Positions 37,991 through 48,493 of a stretch of 60,388 bases of DNA are shown piece by piece. How positions within the stretch are numbered: the stretch's first letter is position 1; the number at the start of each line of letters is the position of its first letter. The notes under the pieces were generated by a model that saw only the letters and a list, made by a program, of their open reading frames with translations, was not told where the DNA came from and ran no database searches. Source of the DNA: an uncultured Enterobacteriaceae bacterium (GTDB lineage: Bacteria > Pseudomonadota > Gammaproteobacteria > Burkholderiales > SG8-39). The position numbers and the translations under genes were made by a program. The DNA is taken from contig CAZVHU010000001.1 in NCBI GenBank assembly GCA_964627075.1, forward strand, positions 6,454 to 66,841, given 5' to 3'.

Positions 37991-38976
37991 CTACTCGATC
38001 ACCCGGTCGGCGCGCAGCAGCACGCTCCGCGGCACGGCGAGGCCGATCGCCTTGGCGGTCTTCAGATTCACCACCATCTCGAAGCGCGACGCCTGGTCCA
38101 CGGGCAGGCCGGCGGGCTTCGTCCCTTTCAGCACCCGCGCCATCATGTCGGCCGCGCGGCGCACGTCGTCCGTGAGGCTGGTTCCCAAGGAGGTCAAGCC
38201 GCCGCGCTCGACCATCTCGGCGTCGGAGAAGATCACGGGTATGCGCTGCCGGTCCGCGGCCTCGACGATGCGCTCCCCGGTGACGGGCGAATCGGCGAAC
38301 CAGGCGTACGGCACCAGCACATCGGCGCCGGCGGCGACGGCGCCGTCGACCGTTGTATCCCAGCCGGTGCGGTCCGCGGTCACGAACTCCATCAGATCGA
38401 TCGCAAGCCGGGCGGCGGTATTTCTCAGCTCGGGCGCCAAGGCGGCGAACTCGTCCGTGTGGGTTCTGCCAACCACGGCCACACGTTTCGCCCCGGGTAA
38501 CAGCTCCCGCGCGAGTTCCAGGCGCTTGTGCAGCAATTCGCCAAACCGGTTGCTCACCCCGGTGGCGTTGCCGCCTGGCCTCGCGTAGCTTCTCACGATC
38601 CCCGCAACGACCGGGTCCGGACCCACACGAACACGATCGGCACCGACTTTCTTGCCGCGATCGCGGCCTCGGCGGCTCGCGTCGAGAAGGCCAGGATCGC
38701 ATCCGCCCCGGCGGCCACTATGCGACGCACGTACTCGCGATCATCGCTGAAATCGCCGCTCTCGGCGCGCGCGTCGATCTCGAGGTTGCGTCCCTCGACG
38801 AAGCCGTGGCCCGCGAGCCGCTCGAGGAGCGCGGCGCGGTAGCGCTCCATGCCCGGGCCGCTCGCAAGCAGCACGCCGACGCGATAGGTCCGTGCCGTCT
38901 TCTGAGCGAGCGCGATCGGTGCCGCAAGCAGCGCGCTCGCGGCGAGCAGCAGTCTGCGTCGCCGGGTGTCGCTCAA
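37991..38976 (-). pseudogene. ABC transporter substrate-binding protein (PF04392-like), frameshifted
   Basis: Two ORFs (38593-38976 and 37991-38626) join into one protein. It has a signal peptide, YRVGVL, PIVFV|VGPDPVVAGIV...ARPGGNATG, and an LKTAKAIGL tail. One nucleotide is missing near 38625. A sequencing error cannot be excluded. Confidence 0.7.
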
Positions 38977-39028
38977 GGGCCCTCCCCCCGCGTTGGGGAA
39001 AGTCTGCTCCTGAAGCTGCGGAAGATGG

Positions 39029-39048
39029 GCTCCCGTTTTCGCGGGAGC
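39029..39048. repeat. Hairpin GCTCCCG-N6-CGGGAGC just downstream of the polA stop
   Basis: Read directly. On the minus strand it reads GCTCCCGCGAAAACGGGAGC, resembling the CCCCGC-GAAA-GCGGGG family. It has no U-tract. Confidence 0.5.
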
Positions 39049-39060
39049 GACGAACCGCGG

Positions 39061-41814
39061 CTAGTGCGCCTGGTCCCAGTTGTCGCCGGCGCCGACGTCC
39101 ACCACGAGCGCCACTTCGAGCTGGGCCACGCCTTGCATCAGGGCGCGCACCCTTTGCTTCACGGTTTCGAGCTCCGTGGCAGGCGCTTCCAGCACCAGCT
39201 CGTCGTGCACCTGCATGACGAGGCGCGTCTCGAGTTTCCCGTCGCGCAGCCAGCGGTCCACCGCCACCATCGCGAGCTTGATGAGGTCGGCCGCCGTGCC
39301 CTGCATCGGCGCGTTGATCGCAGCGCGCTCTGCGGCCTGGCGGCGCCCGGGCGAGCCCGACTTCATCTCCGGCAGCCTGAGCCGCCTGCCGAACACCGTC
39401 TCGACGAAGCCGTCGTTGCGCGCGCGCTCGCGGGTCTCGTCCATGAAGCGCTTCACGCCGGGGTAGCGCGTGAAGTAGGAGTCGATGTAGGCCTGCGCGG
39501 TGGCGCGCTCGATGCCGAGGGTCTGCGCCAGGCCAAAGGAGCTCATGCCGTAGATCAGGCCGAAGTTGATCGTCTTCGCCGCGCGGCGCTCGTCGGCGCT
39601 CACCTTGTCAAGCGGCACGCCGAACACCTCGGCGGCCGTGGCGCGGTGCACGTCGTCGCCGCGCGAGAAGGCTTTTCTCAGCCCCGCATCGCCCGAGAGG
39701 TGCGCCATGATGCGCAGCTCGATCTGTGAGTAATCCGCGCTCACGATCTTCCATCCGGGGGGCGCCACGAACGCCTCGCGGATGCGCCGGCCCTGCGGCG
39801 TGCGGATCGGGATGTTCTGCAGGTTGGGGTCCGTCGAGGCGAGGCGCCCGGTGACCGCGGTCGCCTGCGAGTAGGTGGTGTGCACGCGCCCGGTGGCCGG
39901 GTTCACCATGCGCGGCAGCTTGTCGGTGTAGGTGCTCTTCAACTTCGCGAGCGCGCGGTACTCGAGCAGGATCTTCGGCAGCGGGAAGTCGAGCGCGAGC
40001 TCCGCCAGCACGTCCTCGTCGGTGGAGGGTTGTCCCGACGGCGTCTTTTTCTTCACCGGCAGCTTCTGGCGCTCGAACAGGATCTCCTGGATCTGCTTGG
40101 GTGAATTCAGGTTGAACGGCTGCCCGGCGGCGTCGTAGGCCTTCTGCTCGAGCTCCAGCATCTCCTTGCCCAGCTCGTGGCTCTGCCGCTCGAGCTGCGC
40201 CGCGTCGAGCAGCACGCCGTGGCGCTCCATGCGCAGCAGCACCGGCAGCACCGGCAGCTCGATTTCCTCGTAGACCCGCTTGAGCTTTTCGTCCGCCGCG
40301 ATGCGCGGGTACATCGCCTCGTGCAGGGCGAGGGCGCAATCGGCGTCCTCGGCGGCATACTCGGTGGCGCGCCCGATCTCGACCGCCGAGAACGAAATGC
40401 GCGCTGCGCCTTTGCCGGTCACCTCGTCGTAGGAGATGGTCCTCCAGCCGAGGTGCCGCTGCGCGAGCGAGTCGAGGTCGTGCCGCTCGTGCACTTCCAG
40501 CACGTAGGACTCGAGCAGCGTGTCGTGCGCGATGCCGGCAAGCGCGACGCCGTGGTTCGCAACGACGTGGGCGTCGAACTTGGCGTTCTGCCCGACCTTG
40601 GCGCGCGCTGCATTCTCGAGCCACGGCCGCAGCACTTCGAGCGCACGCTCTGCGCCGACTTGCCGCGGCGCGCCGGGGTACTCGTGCGCGAGCGGCAGGT
40701 AGTGCGCAGTGTCGCCGAAGGCGAAGGACATGCCCACCAGCCTCGCGCTCATCGGCTCCAGACCCGTGGTCTCGGTGTCGAAGCCCACGAGCGGCGCGCG
40801 CTCGAGCCCTGCGGCGAGCGAGCGCAGCGCGGCCTCGTCCACTACTGTTGCGTACCTGCGCCGCGCCGGCCCCTCGCCCGGCACGACCGGCGCGGATGCG
40901 CCCTCCCGCGGCATTGCCGCCACAGCCGGCGGCGCGGCGAAACGCCGCTCGCCGTCGGATGCTGCGGGCACGCCGCCTTCCAGCTCGCGCAGCCAGCTCT
41001 TGAAGCCGTGGCGCTCGAAAAGCTCCCTCAGCTTCGCGTTGTCCGGGCCGCCGTCCTGCAACCGGGCGAGCGAGGTGGCAAGTGTAAAGTCACGCTTTAC
41101 AGTGAGGAGCCTGCGGCCCCGCGGCAGCCAGTCCAGGGTCGCGCGCAGGTTTTCTCCCGCGACGCCCGGGATCTCGGCGGCGTGCGCGATCACCCCGTCG
41201 AGCGAGCCGAACTGCTGGATCCACCTTGCGGCGGTCTTGGGACCGACCTTGGGAACGCCCGGCACGTTGTCCACACTGTCGCCCACGAGCGCGAGGTAGT
41301 CGACGATCCTCTCGGGCGGCACGCCGAATTTCGCCCGCACCGCGGCCGGGTCGAGCGTCTCGTTCGACATGGTGTTGACCAGCGTCACGCTGGCGTCCAC
41401 CAGCTGCGCCAGGTCCTTGTCGCCGGTGGAGATGACGCAGCGCCAGCCGGCGCGCTTCGCTTGCTCGGCGAGCGTCGCGATGACGTCGTCGGCCTCGATG
41501 CCCTCGATCGCGAGCACCGGCCAGCCCAGCGCTGCGACGATTTCCTTCAGCGGCGCGATCTGCGCCGCGAGATCGTCGGGCATCGGCGGGCGGTTCGCCT
41601 TGTACTGCGGATATTCCTCGTCGCGGAAGGTCTTGCCCGGCGCGTCGAACACGCAGGCGCGGGCTTGCGCCTTGTAGTCGGCGGCGAGCCGCCTTAGCAT
41701 GTTGACCACGCCGTAGATCGCGCCGGTCGGCTCGCCGCGCGCATTCTTCAGCTCCGGAAGCGCGTGGAAGGCACGGTACAGGTACGACGAGCCGTCAACC
41801 AGCAGGAGAGTCTT

Positions 41815-41823
<9 letters not shown>
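39061..41823 (-). CDS. polA: DNA polymerase I
   Basis: 920 aa from the GTG at 41823 (VSHKTLLLVDGSSYLYRAFHA). It has a 5' nuclease domain, a 3'-5' exonuclease domain (VGFDTETTGL) and polymerase motifs (DYSQIELRIMAH, QVHDELV). Confidence 0.95.
41081..41103 (-). repeat. 23-bp AT-rich palindrome, copy b, inside the polA coding sequence: AGTGTAAAG-TCACG-CTTTACAGT
   Basis: Read directly, with 8/9 arm complementarity. It encodes T-V-K-R-D-F-T-L of PolA. Confidence 0.9.
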
Positions 41824-42531
<708 letters not shown>

Positions 42532-42549
42532 TCCGGTAGAATCCCCGCC

Positions 42550-42885
42550 ATGCGCCGCCTGATCCTTCTCTGCGCCGCGTGCGCAGCCACGGCGGCGTTC
42601 GCGCAGCAGCCTCCGAAGCTCGAGCCGCTGGCCGAGCCGCCGCCGCCGCCGCCGGGCGTGCGCGACATCGCGCCCGACGAGCCGCGCGTGCGCATCGCGC
42701 CGCAGGAAGGCGACCAGGTGGAGGAGATCCGCGACGGCGGCCGCGTGATCATGATCAAGGTGACGCCTCCCGGCGGCGTGCCGTACTACCTCATCGACAC
42801 CACCGGCAGCGGCAACTGGATGCGCCGCGACTCGCTCGACGACGGCGTGCGCGTGCCAATGTGGCCGATCTTCACCTTCGACTGA
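42550..42885 (+). CDS. DUF2782-like small secreted protein
   Basis: 111 aa with a signal peptide, a Pro-rich stretch, and YYLIDTTGSGNW. Confidence 0.6.
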   Translation: MRRLILLCAACAATAAFAQQPPKLEPLAEPPPPPPGVRDIAPDEPRVRIAPQEGDQVEEIRDGGRVIMIKVTPPGGVPYYLIDTTGSGNWMRRDSLDDGVRVPMWPIFTFD

Positions 42886-42886
42886 T

Positions 42887-43861
42887 TTGTCGGTCTATAC
42901 GCCCGTATCGGAAAGCCAGCTCGCTGCCTGGCTGAAGAACTATTCCGTGGGGGCGCTGGCGGCGCTCGAGCCGATCGCCGCCGGCATCGAGAACACCAAC
43001 TACTTCGTCACCACCACCCAGGGGCGCTACGTGCTGACGCTGTTCGAGCGCCTGCCGGCGGCGGAGCTGCCGTTCTACCTCGGGCTGATGGCGCACCTCG
43101 CGCGCCACGGCATTCCCTGCCCGGCGCCGATCGCCGACCTCGGCGACAGCATGCTCTCGCAGTTGAACGGCAAGCCCGCGGCGCTGGTGACGCGCCTGCC
43201 GGGGGCGTCAGTGGAGCGCCCGGGCGAGGCCGAGTGCGCCGAGCTCGGCGCGCTGCTTGCGCGCCTGCACCTCGCAGGGCGCTCCTACGCGGGGTACCTG
43301 GAGAACCCGCGCGGCCCCAAGTGGTGGCGCGCAGCGGCGCGCGACCTGGAGGGGCGCCTCGCGTCCGAGGATGCGGCGCTGCTGCAAGCCGAGCTCGCGT
43401 TCCAGGGGCGGCACCGCCATCCCGACCTGCCGCGCGGGCCGGTGCACGCCGACCTGTTCCGCGACAATGCGCTCTTCGAGGGCGGCCGCATCAGCGGCGT
43501 GATCGACTTCTACTTCGCCGGCGTCGATTGCCTGCTCTACGACGTCGCGGTGTGCGTGAACGACTGGTGCCTCGCGGACCCGCAGCGCGACCGGCGCCTG
43601 CACGCGCCGCGCACGCGGGCGCTGCTCGCCGCCTACCATGCATTGCGGCCGTTCTCCGGCGCCGAGGCGGCGGCCTGGCCGGCGATGCTGCGCGCCGCGG
43701 CATTGCGCTTCTGGCTGTCGCGGCTGCACGATTACCATCTGCCGCGCGAAGGCGAGCTCGTGCACCTGCACGACCCGGAGCACTTCCGGGCCTTGCTCGC
43801 GCTGCGCGCTTCAGAGGACGCGGCGCCGTGGCTGGATCGAGGGCGACATGAGGGGCGATAA
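42887..43861 (+). CDS. thrB: Homoserine kinase (APH/ThrB type II)
   Basis: 324 aa. It has IAAGIENTNYFVTT, and HADLFRDN/DFYF kinase motifs. Confidence 0.85.
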   Translation: MSVYTPVSESQLAAWLKNYSVGALAALEPIAAGIENTNYFVTTTQGRYVLTLFERLPAAELPFYLGLMAHLARHGIPCPAPIADLGDSMLSQLNGKPAALVTRLPGASVERPGEAECAELGALLARLHLAGRSYAGYLENPRGPKWWRAAARDLEGRLASEDAALLQAELAFQGRHRHPDLPRGPVHADLFRDNALFEGGRISGVIDFYFAGVDCLLYDVAVCVNDWCLADPQRDRRLHAPRTRALLAAYHALRPFSGAEAAAWPAMLRAAALRFWLSRLHDYHLPREGELVHLHDPEHFRALLALRASEDAAPWLDRGRHEGR

Positions 43862-43885
43862 GAGCGGCAACGGGAAAGGGAGGGC

Positions 43886-44668
43886 ATGAAGACGCAGCTC
43901 GTGCCCGCCGGGCGCGGCGCGCGCTGGCTCGGCGAGGGCTGGCGCCTGTTCCGTGCCGCGCCCTTCGCCTGGCTGACGGTGGCGTTCGTCTTCTACATGG
44001 TGCTGGTGATCGCGAGCAAGGTGCCGGCCGTGGGCGCGTCGCTGTTTTCGCTTCTCGTGCCGGCGCTGTGGATGGCGTTCATGGCGGTGGCGCGCAGCGC
44101 CGCGAGCGGCCGGCGCGAGTCGCCGGCCGCGTTCTTCGCCGGGCTTGCCGCAAACGCCGTGTCGCTGGGCGTGCTGGGCATCGTCTATCTCGCCGGCAAC
44201 GTGCTTGCGATCGCCGCCACCATCCCGTTCAGCGACGGGCATCTCGCGCGCTGGGTGTTCCGCGGCGCAGCGCCCGAGCGGGAGGTGATCACCTCGGGCG
44301 AGTTCCTGTCCGAACTGGCGCTGTCGATGGTGTTCTACAGCCCCGTGCTGCTCGCCTTCTTCTACGCGCCGATGCTCACGGCCTGGCACCGCTTCGGCGC
44401 CGTGAAGGCGCTGTTTTTCAGCCTCGCCGCGTGCCTCATCAACTGGCGCCCGTTCCTCGCCTACGGCATGGTGGTCGCGGCGGCGCTCGGCGTGCTGGTG
44501 ATGCTCGCATCGGTGGTGGTCGGGCTGCTCGCCTCGGGCGGCCGCGCCGGGCTGAACGCGGCGCTGATTGTCCTCGTGCCGATGTTCGCCGTGTTCTTCT
44601 GCGCCCTGGCGGCGAGCGCCTACGCGAGCTACCGCGACATCTTTGCCCAGGGCCCGGCGCAGGCCTGA
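43886..44668 (+). CDS. Conserved polytopic inner-membrane protein (BPSS1780-like)
   Basis: 260 aa with several hydrophobic helices. The N-terminus GRGARWLGEGWRLFRAAPFAWL is as in the family usually found next to thrB in Burkholderiales (from memory). Confidence 0.55.
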   Translation: MKTQLVPAGRGARWLGEGWRLFRAAPFAWLTVAFVFYMVLVIASKVPAVGASLFSLLVPALWMAFMAVARSAASGRRESPAAFFAGLAANAVSLGVLGIVYLAGNVLAIAATIPFSDGHLARWVFRGAAPEREVITSGEFLSELALSMVFYSPVLLAFFYAPMLTAWHRFGAVKALFFSLAACLINWRPFLAYGMVVAAALGVLVMLASVVVGLLASGGRAGLNAALIVLVPMFAVFFCALAASAYASYRDIFAQGPAQA

Positions 44669-44734
44669 GCGCGCGCCCCGTCGGGTGACACTTCCGCCGA
44701 AGCCGACTATATTCTTTCCGTCCAGCATCCGGCC

Positions 44735-46342
44735 ATGAACACCGCGCCGTCCAAGCGCGCCACCGTCGCGACGCCCGATTTCACCGATCCCGCCACCGCC
44801 AAGGCCTGGCTGGAGAACGTGCCGCTCGCCAACGTGGCGGCGGCGCAGCGCCAGCTGCTCGCGCAGGTGGCGGAGTTCAACCGCTTCGCGACCCCGGCGG
44901 CGAACCGCCTCGCCACGCTCGAGGCGCTGCGCGAGGCGGTGCACTTCGTGCAGATCGAGCAGGCGCGCCGCTTCATCAACCGCGCGCTGCCGATGGCCGC
45001 GGCCGAAGGCTCGGTGTTCGCCGACACGGTCGGGCTCTGGGAGCAGATGCGCCAGGGCTACCTGAGCTGCCTCGACGCGGTCGAGGCGCGGGAGCCCGGG
45101 CTGCGCGGGCAGGGCGCGCTCGTCTGCCAGCGCGCGCTCGCGCTCGGCGGCCTGAAGATGTTCCACTACCACCGCGCCTACCGCCAGGTGCCGAAGCAGG
45201 AGTGGCGCGCGCTGCACCAGTGCTATGCGCGCGCCGAGGCGCTCAAGGTGTCCGAGGCGCCGGTCAAGGACTACCTCAACCGCGACGTGCACGAGACCTC
45301 GCCGCGCATCGCCTACATGCGAGCGCTGCTCCTCGGCATGGCCAACCCCAACGAGCTGTCGCAGCGCCAGCTCACCTTCGTAGCGTTCCTGCTCGAGCGC
45401 TGGGCGGAAAAAGTCGAGATCTCCTTGCGCCCCGGCGCCGAGGACCTCGATGCGCCGCCGCTGGTCGTGGACCTCGAGGGCGACGCGTGCCCCGAGCGCG
45501 GCGGTTCGCAGGCGGCGCAGCCGCGCTACCTCGATGCGCTGCGCATCTCCAAGAGCCTGCGCAGCCGCATCGGCCTGATGCGCAAGGGCGAGTCGCCCGC
45601 GCGCCTGGGGCTGGGTGAGGACTGCGTGCAGCCCTCCTGCGAGCAGCTGCTCGTGTTCCTGTACCGCCAGTGGTGCCAGCCGCGGCAGCCGCGCGCCTCG
45701 GAGCGCAAGCGCATCAGCGACGTGGCGCAGGTGTGCAACGACATGGCGGCGGTGCACTACTACGTCTCGGGCAAGGCATTCCGCCAGCCCGACAGCGCGC
45801 AGCAGCTGAACGCCCGGCAGCGCGACGAGATCGCCACCTTCGGCCGCCTCAGCACGCGCGAGGACGAAGCCTACGGCGCGGTGCACGGCTTCCAGCTCGA
45901 GCACTGGCAACTGCTCGACGAGAGCGCGCTCGGGCTGAGGATGATGCGCGCGGCCGGAACGCCGGGCAAGCGCTACACCCATGGCCAACTGCTGGCGGTG
46001 CGCCCGGCCGATGTCAAGGGCTTCATGCTGGCGCAGGTGCGCTGGCTGTCGCAGTCGGAGGAGGGCGACCTGTACGCCGGCGTGCGGCTGCTGCCCGGGC
46101 TGCCGGCGGCGATCGCGGTGCGCGCCACCGGACTCAACGTGCGCGACGACAAGTTCGTCCAGGCGATGTCGCTCACCGCGGTGCCGGCGCTCAATTCGCC
46201 GCCGGCGCTGGTGCTGCCCGCGGGCTGGTACAAGCCCAAGCGCGTGATCGAGGTCCACATCGACGCCACCGTGCAGGTGGAGCTCGCCGAAGTGCTCGAG
46301 CGCGGCAGCGACTTCGAGCGCGTGTCCTACGGCGTGCTGTGA
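44735..46342 (+). CDS. Conserved hypothetical protein with a putative C-terminal PilZ-type c-di-GMP-binding signature
   Basis: 535 aa. RLSTR (aa 371-375) is followed 19 residues later by DESALG (aa 395-400), which fits RxxxR...D-x-S-x-x-G. A beta-rich C-terminal part follows. I do not recognise the large N-terminal domain. Confidence 0.5.
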   Translation: MNTAPSKRATVATPDFTDPATAKAWLENVPLANVAAAQRQLLAQVAEFNRFATPAANRLATLEALREAVHFVQIEQARRFINRALPMAAAEGSVFADTVGLWEQMRQGYLSCLDAVEAREPGLRGQGALVCQRALALGGLKMFHYHRAYRQVPKQEWRALHQCYARAEALKVSEAPVKDYLNRDVHETSPRIAYMRALLLGMANPNELSQRQLTFVAFLLERWAEKVEISLRPGAEDLDAPPLVVDLEGDACPERGGSQAAQPRYLDALRISKSLRSRIGLMRKGESPARLGLGEDCVQPSCEQLLVFLYRQWCQPRQPRASERKRISDVAQVCNDMAAVHYYVSGKAFRQPDSAQQLNARQRDEIATFGRLSTREDEAYGAVHGFQLEHWQLLDESALGLRMMRAAGTPGKRYTHGQLLAVRPADVKGFMLAQVRWLSQSEEGDLYAGVRLLPGLPAAIAVRATGLNVRDDKFVQAMSLTAVPALNSPPALVLPAGWYKPKRVIEVHIDATVQVELAEVLERGSDFERVSYGVL

Positions 46343-46701
46343 GAACCGACGGCCCGGTCCCGACCGAGATCAGGCTGCACCAGAAGTCGCGCCTGATGGA
46401 GATCGCGTTCTCCGACGGAAGATCGTTCCGGCTGCCCTACGAGTTCCTGCGCGTGTATTCGCCCTCGGCCGAAGTGCGGGGCCACGGCCCCGGGCAGGAG
46501 GTGCTGCAGACCGGCAAGCGCAACGTCGAGATCAAGTCGCTCGAGCCGGTCGGCTCCTACGCGGTGCAGCCGACGTTCTCCGACGGGCACTCGACCGGCA
46601 TCTACTCCTGGGACTACCTGCACCATCTCGGGGAGAACCAGGAGCGCATGTGGGCCGAGTACCTCGAGCGGCTGCAGAAAGCGGGCGCGAGCCGCGACTG
46701 A
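46339..46701 (+). CDS. DUF971 (gamma-butyrobetaine-hydroxylase-like N-terminal domain) protein
   Basis: 120 aa. The GTG overlaps the upstream stop (GTGA). It has YEFLRVYSPSAEVRGHG and FSDGHSTGIYSWDYL. Confidence 0.75.
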   Translation: MRTDGPVPTEIRLHQKSRLMEIAFSDGRSFRLPYEFLRVYSPSAEVRGHGPGQEVLQTGKRNVEIKSLEPVGSYAVQPTFSDGHSTGIYSWDYLHHLGENQERMWAEYLERLQKAGASRD

Positions 46702-46743
46702 TACCAGCGCTCACTTACGCTATCTGAATCAATTTCCAGTGCC

Positions 46744-47469
46744 ATGAGAGAAACCGACTTCGGTTTCGAGCGCGTGCCGGAAAGCGCCAAGGCCGAGCGT
46801 GTCGGCGAGGTTTTCGACACCGTCGCCGAGCGCTACGACCTGATGAACGACCTGATGTCGCTCGGGCTTCACCGCGCGTGGAAGGCGTTCACCGTGGCGC
46901 TTGCGCGCGTGCGTCCAGGCGAGCGCGTGCTCGACGTCGCCTCGGGCTCGGGCGACCTCGCGCGCGCGTTCGCCAGGCGCGGCGCGCAGGTGTGGATGAG
47001 CGACATCAACGGCCGCATGCTCGCGCGCGGCCGGGACCGGCTCGCCGACGCCGGAGTGCTCGCCCCGGCAGTGCAGTGCGACGCCGAGCGGCTGCCGTTC
47101 CCGGGCGCGAGCTTCGATTGCGTCTGCGTGGGCTTTGGCCTTCGCAACATGACGCGCAAGCAGGCGGCGCTCGCCGAGATGGCGCGCGTGCTGAAGGCGG
47201 GCGGGCGGCTCATCGTGCTCGAGTTCTCGCACATCTGGAAGCCGCTGCAAAAACCCTATGACCTGTACTCCTTTCGGCTGCTGCCGTGGCTCGGCGAGCG
47301 CGTCGCCGGCAACGCCGCCGCCTACCGCTACCTCGCGGAGTCGATCCGCATGCATCCTGACCAGGGCGCGCTCGCGGCGATGCTGGAACGCGCGGGGCTG
47401 GAGCGTGTCGAATGGTTCAACCTCGCTGCCGGCGCGGTGGCGGTCCATAGGGGCTACAAACTGGGGTAG
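46744..47469 (+). CDS. ubiE: Ubiquinone/menaquinone C-methyltransferase
   Basis: 241 aa. It has [24 protein letters not shown] and the SAM motif [12 protein letters not shown]. Confidence 0.93.
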   Translation: MRETDFGFERVPESAKAERVGEVFDTVAERYDLMNDLMSLGLHRAWKAFTVALARVRPGERVLDVASGSGDLARAFARRGAQVWMSDINGRMLARGRDRLADAGVLAPAVQCDAERLPFPGASFDCVCVGFGLRNMTRKQAALAEMARVLKAGGRLIVLEFSHIWKPLQKPYDLYSFRLLPWLGERVAGNAAAYRYLAESIRMHPDQGALAAMLERAGLERVEWFNLAAGAVAVHRGYKLG

Positions 47470-47500
47470 CATAGAGCGTTCATTCGAGAGGACGGAAACC

Positions 47501-48418
47501 ATGAAACGGATTGTTCTCGGCGCGGCAGTCGCGCTCCTTGGCGCGATGCTCGTCGCCACCGAAGTCGAAGCCAGGCGCGTGGGCGGCGGCCGCACGCTCG
47601 GCGCGCAGCGCAACCTCACCAACGCGCCCCCGGCGCAGGCCCCGGCGAAGCCCGCCCAGCAGCAGACGCAGCAGGTGGCGCCGCGGCAACAGCCGGCGGC
47701 GCAGCCCGGCGCTGCGCCCGCGGCGGGCCAGCCCGCGCCCGCGAGCGGCTTGAGCCGCTGGATGCCGATGCTCGGCGGGCTCGCGCTCGGCGGGCTGCTC
47801 GGCTCGCTCTTCGCGGGCAGCGGTTTCGGCGCCGCGCTCATGGGGATCCTGACGGTGGCGCTGCTCGCCCTCGGAGTGCTGGCCGTGGTGCGCATGCTCG
47901 CCGCCAAGCGCGGCGATGCGCCGCGCCCGGTGCAGTTCGCGGGGCTGGGCAACGAGACGGTCGCCGCGCCGCCGCCCTCGCAGGCGGCGGGCTTGGACGC
48001 GCCGGCCGCGCGCGCTGCGCCCGATGCCGCCGTCGCGGCGCGCATCCCGGAAGGCTTCGACAGCGCCGGCTTCCTGCGCGGCGCGAAGCTCAACTTCATG
48101 AAGCTGCAGCTCGCCAACGACACCGGCAATCTCGACGAGTTGCGCGAGTTCACCACGCCGGAGCTCTACGAGGACCTTGCCCGCGAGGTGCGCGAGCGCG
48201 GCGGCGCCCGGCAGCAGACCGACATCATGGCGCTCAACGCCGACCTGCTCGAGGTCGTCACCGAGGGCGACCGGCACTGGGCGAGCGTGCGTTTCTCGGG
48301 CTCGGTGCGCGAGACACCGGGGAGCGCGCCCGAGGGCTTCGAGGAGGTGTGGAACCTCGCCAAGCCGGTGGACGGCTCCAGCGGCTGGCTGCTGGCCGGC
48401 ATCCAGCAGATGCATTGA
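47501..48418 (+). CDS. Tim44-like domain protein
   Basis: 305 aa from MKRIVLG. It has a signal/TM segment, a Gln/Pro/Ala-rich linker, a Gly-rich TM segment, and a C-terminal Tim44-like domain (FLRGAKLNFMKLQLAND...WLLAGIQQ). Confidence 0.75.
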   Translation: MKRIVLGAAVALLGAMLVATEVEARRVGGGRTLGAQRNLTNAPPAQAPAKPAQQQTQQVAPRQQPAAQPGAAPAAGQPAPASGLSRWMPMLGGLALGGLLGSLFAGSGFGAALMGILTVALLALGVLAVVRMLAAKRGDAPRPVQFAGLGNETVAAPPPSQAAGLDAPAARAAPDAAVAARIPEGFDSAGFLRGAKLNFMKLQLANDTGNLDELREFTTPELYEDLAREVRERGGARQQTDIMALNADLLEVVTEGDRHWASVRFSGSVRETPGSAPEGFEEVWNLAKPVDGSSGWLLAGIQQMH

Positions 48419-48458
48419 CCCCGAGGCGGGCCGCCGCGAGCGGCTTCCGGTAACATCG

Positions 48459-48488
48459 AAAGGCCACCGCATGGTGGCCTTTTGTTTT
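48459..48488 (+). terminator. Rho-independent terminator between the Tim44-like gene and ubiJ
   Basis: It has a 10-bp stem AAAGGCCACC/GGTGGCCTTT, the loop GCAT, then TGTTTTG. Confidence 0.8.
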
Positions 48489-48493
48489 GGCGC

